This document shows, in pieces, positions 63,141 through 64,000 of a stretch of 64,000 nt of DNA; position 1 is the stretch's first letter; every line of letters starts with the position of its first letter. The stretch comes from Epiperipatus broadwayi. Taxonomy: Eukaryota > Animalia > Onychophora. The stretch is from contig JAQFVV010000008.1 in the NCBI GenBank assembly GCA_028023455.1, forward strand, positions 1,922,001 to 1,986,000. Direction: 5' to 3'. The translations under genes were made by a program, and so were the position numbers. The notes beneath the pieces are model-generated. The model made no database searches, was not told where the DNA came from, and saw only the letters and a list, made by a program, of their open reading frames with translations.

Positions 63141-63554
63141 ATTAGTAATAAATTGAAAGGTTGTTAGTCTTTCACATGCACCTACTGTTGTTTCTCAGAT
63201 AGCCAATCAGCTGTTAAACAGGGGTCTGAAGAGCGATCAGGCCTTGACACATGACAGAAATTTTGATAAGAAAAGGATGATACCACCCCAGAGCCTACAG
63301 TTGTTTCTCAGACAGCCAATCAGCTGTTAAACAGCAGTCTGAAAAGCGATCAGGCCTTGACACATGACAGAGATTTTGATAAGAAAAGAATGATACCACA
63401 CCAGAGATTTTGATAAGAAAAGGATGATACCACCCCAGAGGGTGGTATCTGTCATGTGTCAAGGCCTGATTGCTCTTCAGACCACTGTTTAACAGCTGAT
63501 TGGCTGTCTGAGAAACAACAGTAGGCACATGTGAAAGACTAACAACCTTTCAAT
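63141..63554. mobile_element. Tandem-plus-inverted insertion (element E)
   Basis: The ~115-bp segment ~63180-63294 is repeated at 63295-63440, followed by an inverted copy (63441-63560). Possible low-complexity TSD TTATTATTAA (63131-63140 / 63555-63564). Confidence 0.75.
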
Positions 63555-64000
63555 TTATTATTAATAATGGAAAAAAAAATCTATAATTTAAAAAAGTGAT
63601 TGATAGTAATAAAAATTATTTCATAATCAATAGCAAAATATTTTGCTATTGTTTCCATTGGAATTCATTTTAAATAAACTTTGCTTTTGTTTCTATTAAT
63701 AAATATTTGTTTCCAGATTGATGAGAGTAGGAAGTTTTCTCATAATCATCTTTATAATATTATAACACTTGTATTATTCTGATTCATGTTGTTTTCTAGA
63801 TGATAACTGTTTCTTTTCAAATTGGATCACTAAGAATCTAAAAGTTCAGAAGTTTTAAAATCAGCATTTGATATATAAAAAGTCATAGTAATTAAAAAGT
63901 TTATTGCTTGAAAATTCATAAGAAATTCAAGCATTGGAAGTCATTGATGAAGCTATGATTTTATTTCTGACAATACTGATATAAAGTATTAGTAAATTTG

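Noticed and set aside
63226-63290. CTGAAGA...GAAA in element E as a hammerhead
   Set aside because: Helix II does not close, and the required A15.1-U16.1 pair and NUH register are absent.

Overview
Very AT-rich animal genomic DNA, probably an arthropod-like protostome (DSP1-type HMGB sequence), dominated by transposable elements. Host genes: an intronless FANCC-like ORF (51653-53218, +) head-to-head with a minus-strand first exon; an isolated first coding exon of mRpL30 (10332-10583, -); a plus-strand first exon at a CpG-retaining promoter (~9.7 kb); and a lesioned HMGB/DSP1 retrocopy (59374-59959, -). Mobile DNA: a young Ty3/gypsy element (45739-50246), an RT/RNase H-deleted gypsy element (13006-16589), an old decayed gypsy element (~38-43 kb), several decayed RTE-type LINEs and a tRNA-derived SINE. 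The most striking signal is absent from the ORF track: three unrelated non-coding repeat families (A, B, C) carry type-I hammerhead ribozymes with palindromic helix III, about 18 motifs in total. Family A is a ~440-450 bp tandem monomer. Families A and B, and two ribozyme-less elements, share one integration signature: target-site duplications (TSDs, mostly 13-14 bp) and a tandem-plus-inverted layout. In family A the 3' end is also fixed, ~120 nt past the cleavage site. This points to retrozyme-like circular-RNA retroelements mobilised by a Penelope-like machinery. All alignments and pairings were done by eye, with no database searches.
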